Of a stretch of 64,000 nt of DNA, positions 1 to 13,100 are shown one piece after another. This stretch comes from Yuukianura sp. NJ FZ-2021. Taxonomy: Eukaryota. The stretch is from the NCBI GenBank assembly GCA_046563655.1, contig CM102288.1:5022001-5086000 (forward strand), in the 5' to 3' direction. Positions within the stretch are counted from its first letter, which is position 1, and each line of letters starts with the position of its first letter. A program made the translations under genes and the position numbers. The notes beneath the pieces are model-generated. The model searched no databases. It saw nothing but the letters and a program-made list of their open reading frames with translations, and had not been told where the DNA came from.

Positions 1-1
1 A

Positions 2-730
2 GTATTAGGAACAGGGTATCGATCAAAACTTGTCAGTTTCCTGACATTTGTCCCGGCTGAGGTCATTCCCAAAGGTCACGACGAGTTGACCTTATCCGAC
101 TATAAACTTTTTTTTCAGTCTTTTCGCGGACCAGCATATGATTTTACCATAAAATCTAAAGTTCCATACCACCAAAGAATGATTTCCAAAAGTAAAATTG
201 TTACAAATCAGAACGAGTGCATAATTCTGGCACTAATGACCCCCAAGTCAGCGTGTTTCGACTATGACCTTGCAGACTTTACAATTATTTCAAACGCTAC
301 GCTCTATTTGAACAGTGTTCAAACAATGATAAAATCTGTTGAAACTGATTTCACAGTTCCAATCGTTTATGCTTTTCGAAAGGGCTCACCGTTGCGGGAA
401 ACCTTTGATCGTTGGCTATTAAATTCACTTGCTGGCGGACTGTTCAATTTTTGGAAAGAGAAGGACGCGTATGAGACGAAAGTCAATGCCTCTCATTGGT
501 TAAGGAGCCAAGTTCATTCACCAATCAAAAAGAGAGTTGAAGAAATTATGAAACATGCGGCTATGATTGGCTTCAATTTACAGGCGCTGCGCATGCGGGA
601 CGTCGTAGGAGTTTTTATTGTGCTGGTGTTTGGTGAATTTGTCGCTTTCGGCGGTTTCCTATTGGAGATTCTAAGTAGAAAAGTTGAGCTTCTCACAAAA
701 AATTGTTCAATCTTTAATCTTTTTAAATAA
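2..730 (+). CDS. Divergent ionotropic (chemosensory) receptor, 3' part; 5' end lies outside the window
   Basis: The frame is open from base 2: VLGTGYRSKLVSFLTF resembles an M3 helix, YAFRKGSPLRETFDRWLLNSLAGGLFNFW resembles the S2 lobe, and a C-terminal hydrophobic helix (VVGVFIVLVFGEFVAFGGFLLEI) precedes the stop at 730. No introns in this part. Confidence 0.75.
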   Translation, partial: VLGTGYRSKLVSFLTFVPAEVIPKGHDELTLSDYKLFFQSFRGPAYDFTIKSKVPYHQRMISKSKIVTNQNECIILALMTPKSACFDYDLADFTIISNATLYLNSVQTMIKSVETDFTVPIVYAFRKGSPLRETFDRWLLNSLAGGLFNFWKEKDAYETKVNASHWLRSQVHSPIKKRVEEIMKHAAMIGFNLQALRMRDVVGVFIVLVFGEFVAFGGFLLEILSRKVELLTKNCSIFNLFK

Positions 731-825
731 ATAAACCGGTCTTAACCGGCTTCAATGAAAGTAGCGAAAGGTGGCATTATAATCGCATATATTCTACGAC
801 TAGTTATATACAGTGATATTCAAAT

Positions 826-940
826 GTTGACCTTTGACACGAAAAGAGGTCACCTTGGGTCACATACTAACATGTTTTGCGCTGGTAATTTTTTTTTTAC
901 AGGGATGACAGAAACCTGTTGACCTCGACCTTTGACCCAG
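826..940 (-). repeat. Degenerate fragment with GGTCAAAGGTCA-type motifs, similar to the internal repeats of the Helitron at 29.1-30.2 kb
   Basis: gttgacctttgacac (826) and gttgacctcgacctttgaccc (918) are reverse complements of the ggtcaaaggtca core. Confidence 0.45.
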
Positions 941-1136
941 AAGACGATCACCCACAGGATAATATTTAACAGCAATTATCCCCGGGACTCCTGTGCAATA
1001 GTGAGAACAGGACCCTGGATTGCTAATGGGGATTTAACGATACATTTGATTATTGTGGTAACAGTAGTTAGGGATAGAAGCTATTAGCCTGAAGAAGCGA
1101 CTCACAGATTATTCTAAAGTGGAATCTTAAAGCAAA

Positions 1137-3226
1137 ATGAAGGTCTCCTACATAGGATTGGTTTTTGGACTAATTGCGTGGTATTTAAACAGTATTTAAT
1201 TGTTCTCAACACATTTGTATTCCTCGAATAAAAATCTGAACATTTAATTATTTAAGAATTTTAACAACTATAACTCATTATTTATCTCATCTTTCACTTT
1301 TTTGCATTACTTTAGCCTTCAATGTAGTGAAACTGTGCAGACGAAAGTTTACAGCTCCTTCAATCAACAAATTTACTGCAACCCGAGTTCAAAAATACTT
1401 TACCCGGAAGATACAGAAGAAATTTTGAAAATTTTGGGCAAAGCAAATATTGAGGGCAAAACTGTGAAGGCATTGGGAGCACAACACTCATCCACGGATA
1501 CAATCTGCACCGATGGAATTCCAATTTCAATGCGCAGATTCCGTGGAGCAGCTCTGAGCAGTGACGGAAATGAAGCTACTTTTGGTGCCGGAATAGAGTT
1601 GGGCGCAGCAATGGAGTTTCTCGAAAGACATAACCGTATGATTCCAATTGTACCAGCATATAGTAAGCACTAAAATTTTAAAAAATTTAACTACAAAAAT
1701 GAAGCAAAATATTTAGCGCCAGATTTGAAAAATAAAATTGTATTTTAGGTAAAATTACTATCGGTGGAGCAATTGGAACTGGAGCGCATGGATCTTCCCT
1801 GCGTCACTATGCTACCATATCTGATCATGTGACTGCTGTAACCGTCATTACTGGAAACGGTACGCTGCTGACCGTGACCTCTATTGAAGACGTCAACCAC
1901 TTTAAGGTCCACCTCGGCCTGCTTGGCATAGTTGTCAACGTGACCCTGAAAACTCTCCCACTACGCAAACTCACAGTTCATAATGAGTTGAGAGATGAAG
2001 ACGTTCTGTTTGACGGTAGCGTGCTCTTTTTAGCGACCAAATTTGACATGTTCCAGGTCTGGTGGTTCCCAAATGCCGGCGAAGTAGTAACTTCAAGTGG
2101 CAAATTCGAGCCAGTCGAAGCACCAGGCAATGCTTCCTGTAACTTCATTTTTAGTGAATGGCGATTTGGCGTTTCAAAAACACGCGCCGCTTTTGAATTT
2201 CTGCAATCAACGCGTAACACTCATGGGTTACACGCTTTTGAAGAATTTGCGAAGGAATCGTTATACAGAGAAGTTGTCGGAAAACCACCAATCTTTTCAA
2301 ACGATGGAGAAATTTTAAGTAATCCCGCCACTGGATTTCCTTGGCGCCTTCAAGCAAGTTCATGCGAATCTTCAAAAACTGAAACTTGTAGTTGGGACAA
2401 TGGACATGATTCGATTTATCCTGAAGAATATTCTCTGGCATTTGACATTCGAGATTTTCAAAAAGTTGTGAAATTGATCAAGAAACGGTTTTCGGAAAAT
2501 CCTTTTTTCATGTTACTTGGATTTTTCATAAGGTTTATGAAAGCGTCCACCGCAACTGTTTCTATAGCAACTGGCCGTGACACATTTACCGTTGGTTGGT
2601 TGATGCCGATTCGGAATAATCCGTCTGTTTTCGCCCATGATCAACTTGGAAGTTCTCAAGCCCTTTTTCAAGAACTAGCAAGTGCAATATATAACAATTT
2701 AAACCATTCAAAAATGAGAAAAATCGATTCAAATTTGATTGTTGACAGGTTTTCAACAACAAAAAATTTTTTATGTTGTTTACAGGTAGAGAAATTTGGG
2801 GGACGACCGCACTGGGGCAAAAACGGACTGCATTATTTTACACCAGAGATTTTGAAAGACACGACTCCAAATCGAGCAAAATTTGTTTCTGCCATGAAAA
2901 CATTTGACCCGGAGGGAATATTTTTGAATAAGTTTGGAAGACGGATTTTAGGAGTTTCAGGAGACATGGACAAGAATCCGAACATTGATCGTTGTGCCAT
3001 TCAGGGGTACTGTATTTGCCAAAAAGATTCCGACTGTGCTCCGTTTCAAACTTGTTCTAATCTCAACGGTTTTAGAGTTTGCAAAGATTTGAACATATCC
3101 AAACCCGTCCGAGCACATTTCAACACGTTTTCAAATATTACTGACATACTGGAGGAGGTAGAAAGCCAGTTATATGCTTACGATGAATCATTTTTGTTTC
3201 GGAAGACACATAGTGCCTTCTATTAA
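1137..3226 (+). CDS. Secreted L-gulonolactone oxidase-like FAD oxidoreductase (FAD-binding PCMH + ALO domains), plant GULLO type; 4 exons
   Basis: Exons 1137-1180, 1316-1662, 1749-2677 and 2786-3226, phases compatible. Signal peptide MKVSYIGLVFGLIAC. Motifs: GAQHSSTDTIC (FAD-linking His position), TIGGAIGTGAHGSS, VHLGLLGIV, GGRPHWGKN, FDPEGIFLN, and a Cys-rich tail CAIQGYCICQKDSDCAP. Confidence 0.85.
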
Positions 3227-3805
3227 GCAAATTATTCTTTGAAAATTTTTTTTAAAGATTCCAGTTTCTCGACTAAAATTAAACCAAATGTAAAATTTTA
3301 CGTCACGGCTGCAATAGAAAAATTAAGCCATTTTAAAATTCTGCAATGCAGCAGTGCAAGCTATACCAAATATTCGTACGTTTGTTTTCCAATAAAAGTG
3401 AAATTTGTAAAAAATGCGGGAAGTTTTGCGCGCCATCTATTTTTTCATATTTTTTTACTGTTGTTCTTTAAGACACGTTCGACCGTACAAAATTCGTAAT
3501 TGGAAAAATTTTTTTTGAGTGATTCTGTTTTTGTTCAGCTCCTATATCAGCTTACACCAGTTCTAATTTTCAACCGTCTGATTTGGTTCGTATTTGTTAA
3601 ATTCGTGTTGGAAGAAAAACCGCCAGATTTTGACTCCCAGAAAAACTCAGTCCAGAAAATGACTTTTGAAACATTGTGTACATCCGTGGAGGGTGAAAGC
3701 ATTTGGGGGAAAGCAAAAGGCGCCATTCAGTCTCCCGGTTCCGTGTTGGAAAGCACTCAGTCACTCATTGGCATCACAGGCAAAAACATCGCTACTTTCC
3801 TCGGT

Positions 3806-3819
3806 GTAACCATGGCAAC
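3806..3819. promoter_or_regulatory. RFX X-box-like palindrome GTAACCATGGCAAC
   Basis: Matches the X-box consensus GTNRCC-AT-RGYAAC. It lies upstream of a strong splice donor (G|GTAAGT near 4042) that may end a 5' UTR exon. Confidence 0.45.
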
Positions 3820-6800
3820 CACTCATCAACAAGCCATAATCGATTAAACTCTCAACTATATTGTAAAGGTTCTGTAAAATTTTGAGTAACCAGCACAAAC
3901 ACAACAAACTTCTCAATAAAATAGAAAAGGAGAAACTGAAATTCATACACGCGAAAACTGACCAATTTAAAAGTTTAGTTTAAAATTCTACTGCCACTAA
4001 TATTATTCGATTACTCGAAGTTTACCTGACAAATTTTATCGGTAAGTTCAAATAACTTAATAACATAATGATTTTTTTTTAATTCTGGAAGACTTTTTTT
4101 GTTTTCAAAATTTTTGTATACACTGGTTGCTGAATAGCCCAGGTCCCAATTTTTCTACTCAAGAATATACCAATGTACGGCTGAGCAATTTTACTTCTGC
4201 GAGTCAAGGACATAATGTGAAAAAAAGTTTCTGTAAGGGATGGTACTCGAAACAAATTTTGTTTACAACTTCAAAAACAAACTGTAGGACGAACATAGGA
4301 AAGCGGAAATTACAAAAATCGCTTAACTTCGTTTCCATTAATTTGTGGAACTGAATGTTCCTTCTAGTAATCATCACGGCTCTTCAAAAGTAGAACACAC
4401 TAACATAAGAGCTTGCTAGTAAACTTTTACTTAGGTTATGCTAGGCTAGTAAAAGTGAAGTCGAGGAACTTTTACGGAAAATTGGAGTTGAGAAATTCTG
4501 TCCATCTCCATTTAGAAAGCACAGGGAGGTACAGAAGGGGAATAGAGTAACTATACTGGAATTTCACCTGGAGGATGAGAGAAAAAGTGGAGAAAGGAAT
4601 TGTAAGGCTAGGTTAGGAAATTAGATTATCCTTTTTCTGTTCATTTTCCCATTTGGCCCAACAGAAACTCCGTTCTTCCAAATAAATAAAGTCGAAATTT
4701 CCAATTATGAACAGCCTCTACACTATCCACTTGGGCCTAACATCGTTACCTCGGACGTTTCCCGCGTAGATAAGCATTTTGTACCACATTTCTACAATGT
4801 TGTAAGTACTAGTGCTTACGGGAACTTTCCATTTTCTCTTGCCCGCATGCCACCGAAACTGCTTACTATAACATTCCAGTGGCAGTCAAAATCCAATTAC
4901 GAAAACCAGAGTGTGACTCATCTAAACTAAGTCATTCGACACAAATTGGAAACCGCTGGAATATACCCGCTAAAAATTCAAAATTTTCAACTCCAAAATT
5001 TTAATAGAAAAAGTTCGAGTTCACCAGTTGATGATAAGAACAAGTTGCAAGCCAAAGGTATGAAGAAACAGTTTTCAAAAATTATGTTAAATTCCAGTAC
5101 AGTTTTTGTTTTGACGAAGAGTGAAAATGTAATGGAACGCCGGAGTCATGAAAATTAGCTAGTAGCTGAAATTAAATTTCAAAAGTGAGTGTTTTGGAAG
5201 AGGCGCGGTGGTTCGATTTCTAGGCTTGCCGTCCAATTTTTTCAGAAAAGTCTCATACATCATCATCGCATTAAAAAGTTGAAAATGGAAATTCAATACT
5301 TGGAGAAAGTTGAGGCCGCTTGAGACTGATGGAAATGGATGACTGTTGGCTGTTCGCTTTTGCACTGTGAGGGGTCACGTAGCTCAAAAAGTACCACTTT
5401 TTGCGCTTTTCTCTAGGTCTCATTAGGTCCATAGTTTATTTCGAAGTGACCGAAGGCCATTCAATTTCCCGTTATTAGGAAGTAGCTTTCTTCCCTTTCA
5501 AATTTCTATTCTTCAAGTCAGAAAAGTAATCTTCGACTTCAAAAAAAATGGAAGGTCCGTTCCAGAATTTTCACTTAAAACTTAAAGTGAAGAGAGAGAC
5601 CACTTTCCTTTCGAAGTATACTTTTAGAGATGGTCCGACGACCAATGTTGATTTAACTCAAAAACCATCTTCTTTTTCAAAAGTTACTTTCACCACTTGA
5701 GTAAGTAAAGTAACTTTTTCAATTTTCCAAAAATTGAAAAAAAAAAAACTTTTCGGGACGAAAGAAACTAGTTTGAGGGGAAAAATGTTACTGTAGTTTG
5801 CGATGCCCCGATACTTTGCAATTCTAGTTGCTTTTTGTAAACTTGCAAAAACTTGTTGCAAATTTCTTTTCGTGTGAATACTTCAAACTACTTTCAAACT
5901 TTCCTTCGTTCCGGCTTTTAAAATAAGTTTGTTTAACGATATTGTCTGGCAGTGCATAAAAATTTCAAAGCAAATCGTCAGTATTAGTATCAATTTACAA
6001 ATCACTATACAAATCATTGTATTTTTAACTGCAGCAGTTTCTTTTCATATATTCAGATTTCTGAGACTCCTTTAGTAAAGAATTAACGTTTTTTTAACCC
6101 AAAAGTAACAATATCACCAAAATTTTGTTGAATTTTGAAACATTCTTTTTAATGTTAACTTTCACTACGTTCAAAGCGCATTTCTCCCCTCGAGTTTACT
6201 TTGAATTTTCGTATTTTCCTTCCCTTTGCGTTATTAATGAAACTGAAATTCCATTTGGGAAGGAATAGGGGAAAGTCAGGAGGGGAAGAAACTGTGCGAG
6301 CTTTTGGTGCTCAAAAAAGTCTGAACTTTCTCCCTCGTTCTAATTATTTGATGTTGTCATGAATACGATTCCCATTTTTGAAAACGGCGCGGCTCCTTTT
6401 TCAAATAAGGAAAGAACATGCAAAACCTCGGCTGTCCTGTCTCCTGTGCTTGGCATATCTCATTAGAAAAGGAATTGGATCTCTTTCAAAGTGTCTTTGC
6501 CACTAGTACTCCCTTCAAATCCAATCTTATTTACTGCTCCAATTTTCTCTTTTTTCTGCGTCTTTCTGTTTTCTGTTCGATTAGAATTCCCGTGTGCCCG
6601 ATGATCCAGTTAATCAAACAGGAGAGGCGCTAAACTCTAACTAGGTTTTAAATTCTAAAAATTCAACCTATCCTTTTTAAAGCGCGTTTTAAATTTCGAG
6701 CTGGAATGATTTAGCCAAAGACCTAAAGTCAATTTCATAATAAAGAATTGTCGTTGTTGAAATATTTTATTTTTCAAGTAAAAGAAAGTTAACTTTTTCA

Positions 6801-9800
6801 GAGCGGAAAAATTAATTTTTGTTGTACGTTTTTAGTTTTCAGAAATTTCGTTTCCAATTTACAAATCTCAGCAAACTTTTTTTGTCTCCTTGGGCCAATT
6901 TTTTTTTATACTTTTATGCTAACTTGAAAAGTCTTCGGGTTTTGAAAAGCAACTGCTACTCTTCCCTTGGGAACTTTGCGTTCTGTCTGTTCCAAAATTT
7001 TTTGAATGTTTTTTGAATTTGAATTTCAAGCACTAAGACGCATTAGGAAATATAAGAAAAGAGGATGCCTTCGTTTCCAAAAAGTGAGTCTCGTGGGATT
7101 TTGCTATGCGCGAGTTCCAAACACAATCAAATTTCAAGTGGCGCGGAAATTCAATTTTTTGTTTCAAAATTTTTTCCTTTTCGTCACATTGTGATATGCA
7201 GCTCAAAAGTATTCCAAACCCATCACAAGCTTACTGCTTGTACTCAGTATTCAGGCAATAAATATCTTACACGTTTTGAAAAGTCACCCTGCGCATGAAA
7301 CTCTAAATTGCGAAACTTCTGCGCATCGCCAACTCTTCCGAAACGCTGCACAGATCAAAGTCACGGTCCAATCCCATTCATTACTCTGTTAGCGTGAGTA
7401 GAAAAGAACGTTTCACAAAGGATGAAGCTTAATCAAACCGCTGAGCAGGAGAATTTTCAAATTCAAACCAGTCGCCATTCGTTTTCCCACTCTTTTCTGT
7501 TCTTCCATGAAAAAGTGGGTCATAAATTACCTTCTGGGCTTTTGAGCAGATTGGAATTGAGGAAAAAAGTTTCCTCACTTTGTTTCCTCACGGTAAACCT
7601 TAGAAGTACTTTCTCTTAGAAATTAAGGAAAAAGTCTGGAGTGTGTTACACACTTTATGATGATTCAGTTCCTTCTCAAGAGCAGTGTAGTAGACTTCAT
7701 GATGAGAAAATAATGCCTGAATGGTGAGAGTAACTGTATCAACCAAGAAGAACTTCTTCTTAGGATGAAACTTCTAATTAAAACAACATCTTCTAATGCT
7801 CTTCTACTTTAATATTTCATGTTCATGAAGAAAGGAGAGCAGAAAGCAGCGGAAGAATGGGGCAGCGGCTGTTAACCTACGGAAACCTTGGGTAAACGTA
7901 ACTGTCTAAAACCTACCAAGACCTAAGTTAAGGAAAACCATTACAAAGGAAGCGGAACAAAAGCCTCTACAAACAATCCACAGAGGATTTAAGTAATTGA
8001 GACCAAGGAGAAAACACGGTGGGCTCTACTTTCACCGCCAAAATTTACTTTCAGCCGCTCGTAACTCGAAAGGCAGTTTCAAGGACAACGGTGAAAGGCT
8101 TGGTTAGTCTAGCCTAACTCAACCTAAAACATGCAGCTCAACGGTAGCTTTTCTGATTTTCTTCGACGGCTTCTACTATACGAAACATTCCGTAAGCTCA
8201 TTGACATTTGCACAGGATTTAACCCTTCCTTAAGCCCGAACTAATCTGTTCCTAATGGTTTTCAATCGAGCATAAATACCTAAAACACGGTTTACAAATT
8301 TTGAAACCGTCTCGTACATAGGATTTCGAAAACGTGAGGGTTCACTACTAATTTGTGAACAGGAATTACAGATTCTGCATAGAAATTCTCATAATCCTTC
8401 AATTCAAAATCGACAGTGAAAGTAGATCCCGGAAATGTTGAACCGAGATAATTGCCGCTAAGGCTGGCAGGCAGGACAGACAAAATCGATGCCTAAAGTA
8501 GCTTTTACTACTTAAAAAACGCCAAAATAAAAACAAAATATTTGCTTGTCTTTACCTACAAAAAAGAAAACAAAAGAAAACTTAACGCTGCCACTCTTGC
8601 CGCAGCAGTACACCAGGTACGTGTCACTCCAATCCAGGTTAATTTATTATCCCTTGGACGCATTCCCGCGGTGAAAGCAGGCGAACCGTAACTCTGAAGC
8701 GTGGTGGTATGGTGAAGGTGAATAGTGTAGTACAAAAACAAAACACACCGTCATTCGTTTTGTTCGCTGCACGCGAGGGAAAAGGATTTTTAAATTTTTA
8801 AAAATTGTTTGAAACACCGAATCGTGTTTTTTAGAAAACAAGTCCAGCAAGGGATTGCATCTCACAAATCGATTCCTTCTGTGAGTTTGATACACCATCC
8901 CTGAAAGGCACTGAAAATGAGAAGTTTCTGAGTAGAAAACTGGTAGCGGTGATAAGAACTTTTTTAGAAATTAATATTTTTTACGATATTTTTAGTTTTG
9001 GTTTTTTACCTTTCCAAAAGAAAAGTTTGTGGAGGAAAGTATTTGGATTTTTTTAGTAACTTAAAGGCAGTTTGGATTTTTTATGGGCAGAATGGGCATG
9101 TTAAGTTGGAAAGTGAAAGCGGAGGAAGGCCTTCCGTGTCGTGATCCAGGGTCATTTGGAGTCTACTTTTTTTTGAAGTTTTTGGTTCCAATTGCTACGT
9201 TTTCCCGTCGAGAGAGTACGAACCACCCGCTTTGGCATACGGAGAAAAGTCATTCATTACTCCATAATGACAAAAGAGAGGGAAGATAATGGTCATTTTC
9301 ATCCAACGGAACATTGTAAAGACTTCATCAGATGCTTGCCACTACCCGATGTACAATATGCTTCAAAAATTGTAACAAAAAATTATGCATTTGACAGTAT
9401 CACCTTTTACTTAAATAGTTAAATTTTGATGGTAAGAAAAAAGGAAGTTTCATTTTAATTTTGGCATTCCTGCTGTCTTGAAAATTCCTGGGTTTGATGA
9501 TTCTCCCAGTTACGATGAAATTTTTTTGAACCATCCTGTACATTTTTGTGTATAGAAGTCCTAGCTTAAGTTCAAGGAGAAAAGTCGTAAAGATGCGAAG
9601 GAGAGGAAGGTGGTTCTGTAAAAGACAAAAGACAAATAGTGACTTTGTGAGGCAAGGGGACAATAAAAAGGTGGGAAAGACAAGAAACACGGGAGAAAGT
9701 TGGATTGGCCGTAAACTTCCTCTTGGTACTTTCTCTTTCCCGCCTAACTTTAATTTACAATTGAGATCCAATGCCCTGCAAGATTAGGTGACGTACATTC

Positions 9801-10112
9801 AGCCAAGGAACAAAGCGAAAAAATCCGAATTCTGAAGGATTTTCAAATCAAAGTTGAAACTGATCCAACATTTTTAGTTTTCTGCTGCGTAAAACTATAT
9901 CATGACTGACTCGAGTCGTTTTTTTAACTTTTTTTTTTCTCGAAAATTTTAGTCTATAAACCATTAAGATCATGTAAGGTTTGGACCTCTTATGGAAAAA
10001 TTGGAAAACGTGATCCATCGCGAGTTGTATTAAATTTCATTTGAAATATTTTCTTGTGGGTCTTCTCGGAATCAAATTCTGTTTTTGTAATTCTGATTTG
10101 ATTGTATTTCAG

Positions 10113-13100
10113 TGAGTTTATGCAGCATAACTACCGAGGAACAAGTACAATGGGAACGTGAAGCAATGGGTGTAGAAATGGTGGGGCCAGAGTCCCACGT
10201 GGCTCTCGGTGGGTCTCCACTTACCCTCGGCTACAGACTCAGTCCCACCAACCGCACGGACGTTGTTTTGGAAAAACAGCTTTCACTTGGACTAACTTTT
10301 CTGGAAGAGGGAGACGGAACTGAGAGTTTAGTAGAAACTAAGAAAGTTGTACCAGCAACACAATGGAATCAAGTAAGAAATTCCTCAAAAGCAACCACCA
10401 CAGCCACTTAACAAAAGTTCCTCCATATTATAACCTAACCTTATGAAAACTTCTAAGAATTTGAGAAGTTTTCTAGATTATGACAACCTTGCTTGCAAAT
10501 TTCGCATTTTTGTACAGTTATCACAAGATAAAAACACACTGAAGTTTTTGCGGTTATTTGTGTTTTGGAGTAGAAATCTGCGAGTTGGAGATTCCTTTAA
10601 AGAAAAAACACAAAACAAAGTCTTACTATGATCATGAAAAATTTTTATTCAGCTTTCTTTGAAACTGTAAAAGAACAAAGAATCAAAATTTTGAAGACTT
10701 TGAAGCCCTTGAGCCTTTGAGACGAGGCATGTAATGGTGAAATATGCTTCAAGGGAAGAGTCATCATCTTGCAAAGAAAAGTCTCGTGAGTTTAGAAGAA
10801 AAAAAAAAGCAAAGCTGCTCAAACTAGTTTTGAATCCGCAAGATTTGAGTGTTTTTTTTTTCTGATTTCAAATTCAAAAAAGTTTGCAATTCTAGAATCT
10901 AGAAATGCAAAAATATGTAGAAAACATTCAAGTGGAATTCGACAAACACCGGACTAAGGATTTTGGAAGATCGACAAGCATATGGAAGAAACTCGGTGGG
11001 TTTCTAGATGAAGTTATACATAAAGAAACATGATCCATTTTTGCGTTGTCCAAATCCCACCATGAGGACACTGCAAGGAAAGTGGATCACCTCCAAAAAA
11101 AATTGTCCAGAAAAGAGTCCAAAAAAATGTACAGAAAACAACGTGCTAAGGAGACGATGTAGTTTATTTGATTTTCTTCTTTTGTATCCCTCGGAGCACT
11201 TCCTTTCATCATCATCTTCTTCTGCTTCAGGTTTTATTTGATTTCATTCCGTCATATCACGTCCCGCCGATTTTTTCATATTTCAGTGTTTCTGTAAAAA
11301 AGAACAAAAAATGAACAACTGCATCTCATACTGTATCTAGTATCACTCAAAAGTTTATTTTCCATCTTTCAATTTGGCAGGGAAAGTAGTTGAATTAAAA
11401 TTTTAAAAAAAGTTAACAATGAAAAAGTTCAGTTGGAAATTCGATGTTTTTATGAGTGAAAATCGCTGGAATAAGGTTTCGAAGGTGTGCATTAATTTGA
11501 AAACTTTTTACTTTCTCTCACTCGCTGCCAAAATCCAACTTTTACACAACGTAACAAGTATCATGTTTTCGAGAAAATTTAAAACATTTGGCAAATTCTG
11601 TTTCACTCACTGAAAAGCACACAATTAGAATTTAGTTTTTGGATATTTACTAAATTAACTTTGAAAATTCTTTCTAAATCTAAAAAAAATAGCATTTTGC
11701 AACATGCAGAACATCCGTGACGCCTTTAACATGGAAACGGAGCCATTCTAAACACGGAATTTTGTGAATTTTGAATTCCTGTGTGACTAAATTGTGAAAA
11801 ATTCCTTGAATGCAAAATGCATAAACTGAACCCCATTCCTTCGCAATTGAAATACTCCCAAGCGTCGTGCTAGAATTTGTGTTCAAACTTTTCTTCTGCA
11901 CCTTCCAAATGTTACTTGAGGGACACATTCTACAGAAGAGGAACTTTTTCAACTACTTTTTGCGCTTTCGAAGTTTTGTTTTCTAAAGCAAGTGACGGAG
12001 AGCTCTTGTTATTTGAAATTTTAAAAAAGGATCTAAGTACATTTTGAACATGATGGAAACCTGGCTTAAAATTTTAAAAGCCAATTTGTATCTATGCATG
12101 TGCATACCACTTTACTAGGAAAGTGCAACAAGATTCATGACACTTTGGCTTGGTTTTAGGTTACATTTGAGTGCGGTTTAATGGTCCGCGGTGGCGTGTA
12201 CCACCTTCGACTGATTGATGAAGCTGGAGAAGTCAATGACCCTTACCTGTACATTTTCACCTACAACGCGCAGGCGCTCGAGGCTCACAACACTGTGCGT
12301 CTACATGTGACCTACCCTACAATAGAGTTTGACGTTCCTCATAAACTAGAAACCCACACTGCCAATGTTATTGTTTCTTTTGGCTTTACGAAAAGCCTCT
12401 GCCCGCCACTCCGACCCTTGTCATCTACTACACTACTGTTGGCACGAACTGCTCAGGATGATGCACAAGGGCACAGGAGTCATCACACTAGTCTACTCTA
12501 CGATGACCCCCTCATTGCACTTCAGGTAAACCAATTAAAGAAAACTAAATTTTAAATTTTTTTCATATTTGAAATCAGGTGCACTATACCGAAGCATTGA
12601 ATTTTTGCGTGTTATTTAAAGAAAAAACTTTCTTGCTTGTAGAACGTGAAATTACTCAAAAGTAATTTGAAAATTAAAAGTTAGCTTGAAAAGTAACTTG
12701 AAAATGTCAAAAACTACAAACCGTATTTGGTTTCGTAAGGCTTGGGCTTACGTTTGATCTTCTTCTTCTTGACCTTTTTCAGTATTGGACAAATTGCATA
12801 GAACCTATATGTTTTCTATATTTTAAATTTGCCAGGGATTGCCTACTTCCGTGACACTGTCACCGACTTTAATAATCTGTCAGTGCCACCGAGTTATCAT
12901 TTGTCAGGAGTCGGTTCAATGTCAAGGAGGTTGACAGTCCTACCGTGAAATGAAATGAAATTTGGAGCAACAGCTTATTTGCTTAAAGGGGATTGATGAT
13001 CATTTTATTCAATGTGACAACCTAGCGAAAAGAGGGTTGACTCAAAATAAAAAAAACAGATGGGGTTTTTGGATAATCCATAAATAATCTGTACTAATAT

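Noticed and set aside
3239..9787. Short ORFs between the oxidase and gogo
   Set aside because: Low-complexity Phe/Lys-rich translations typical of AT-rich non-coding DNA. The true gogo start exon may be here but could not be identified.
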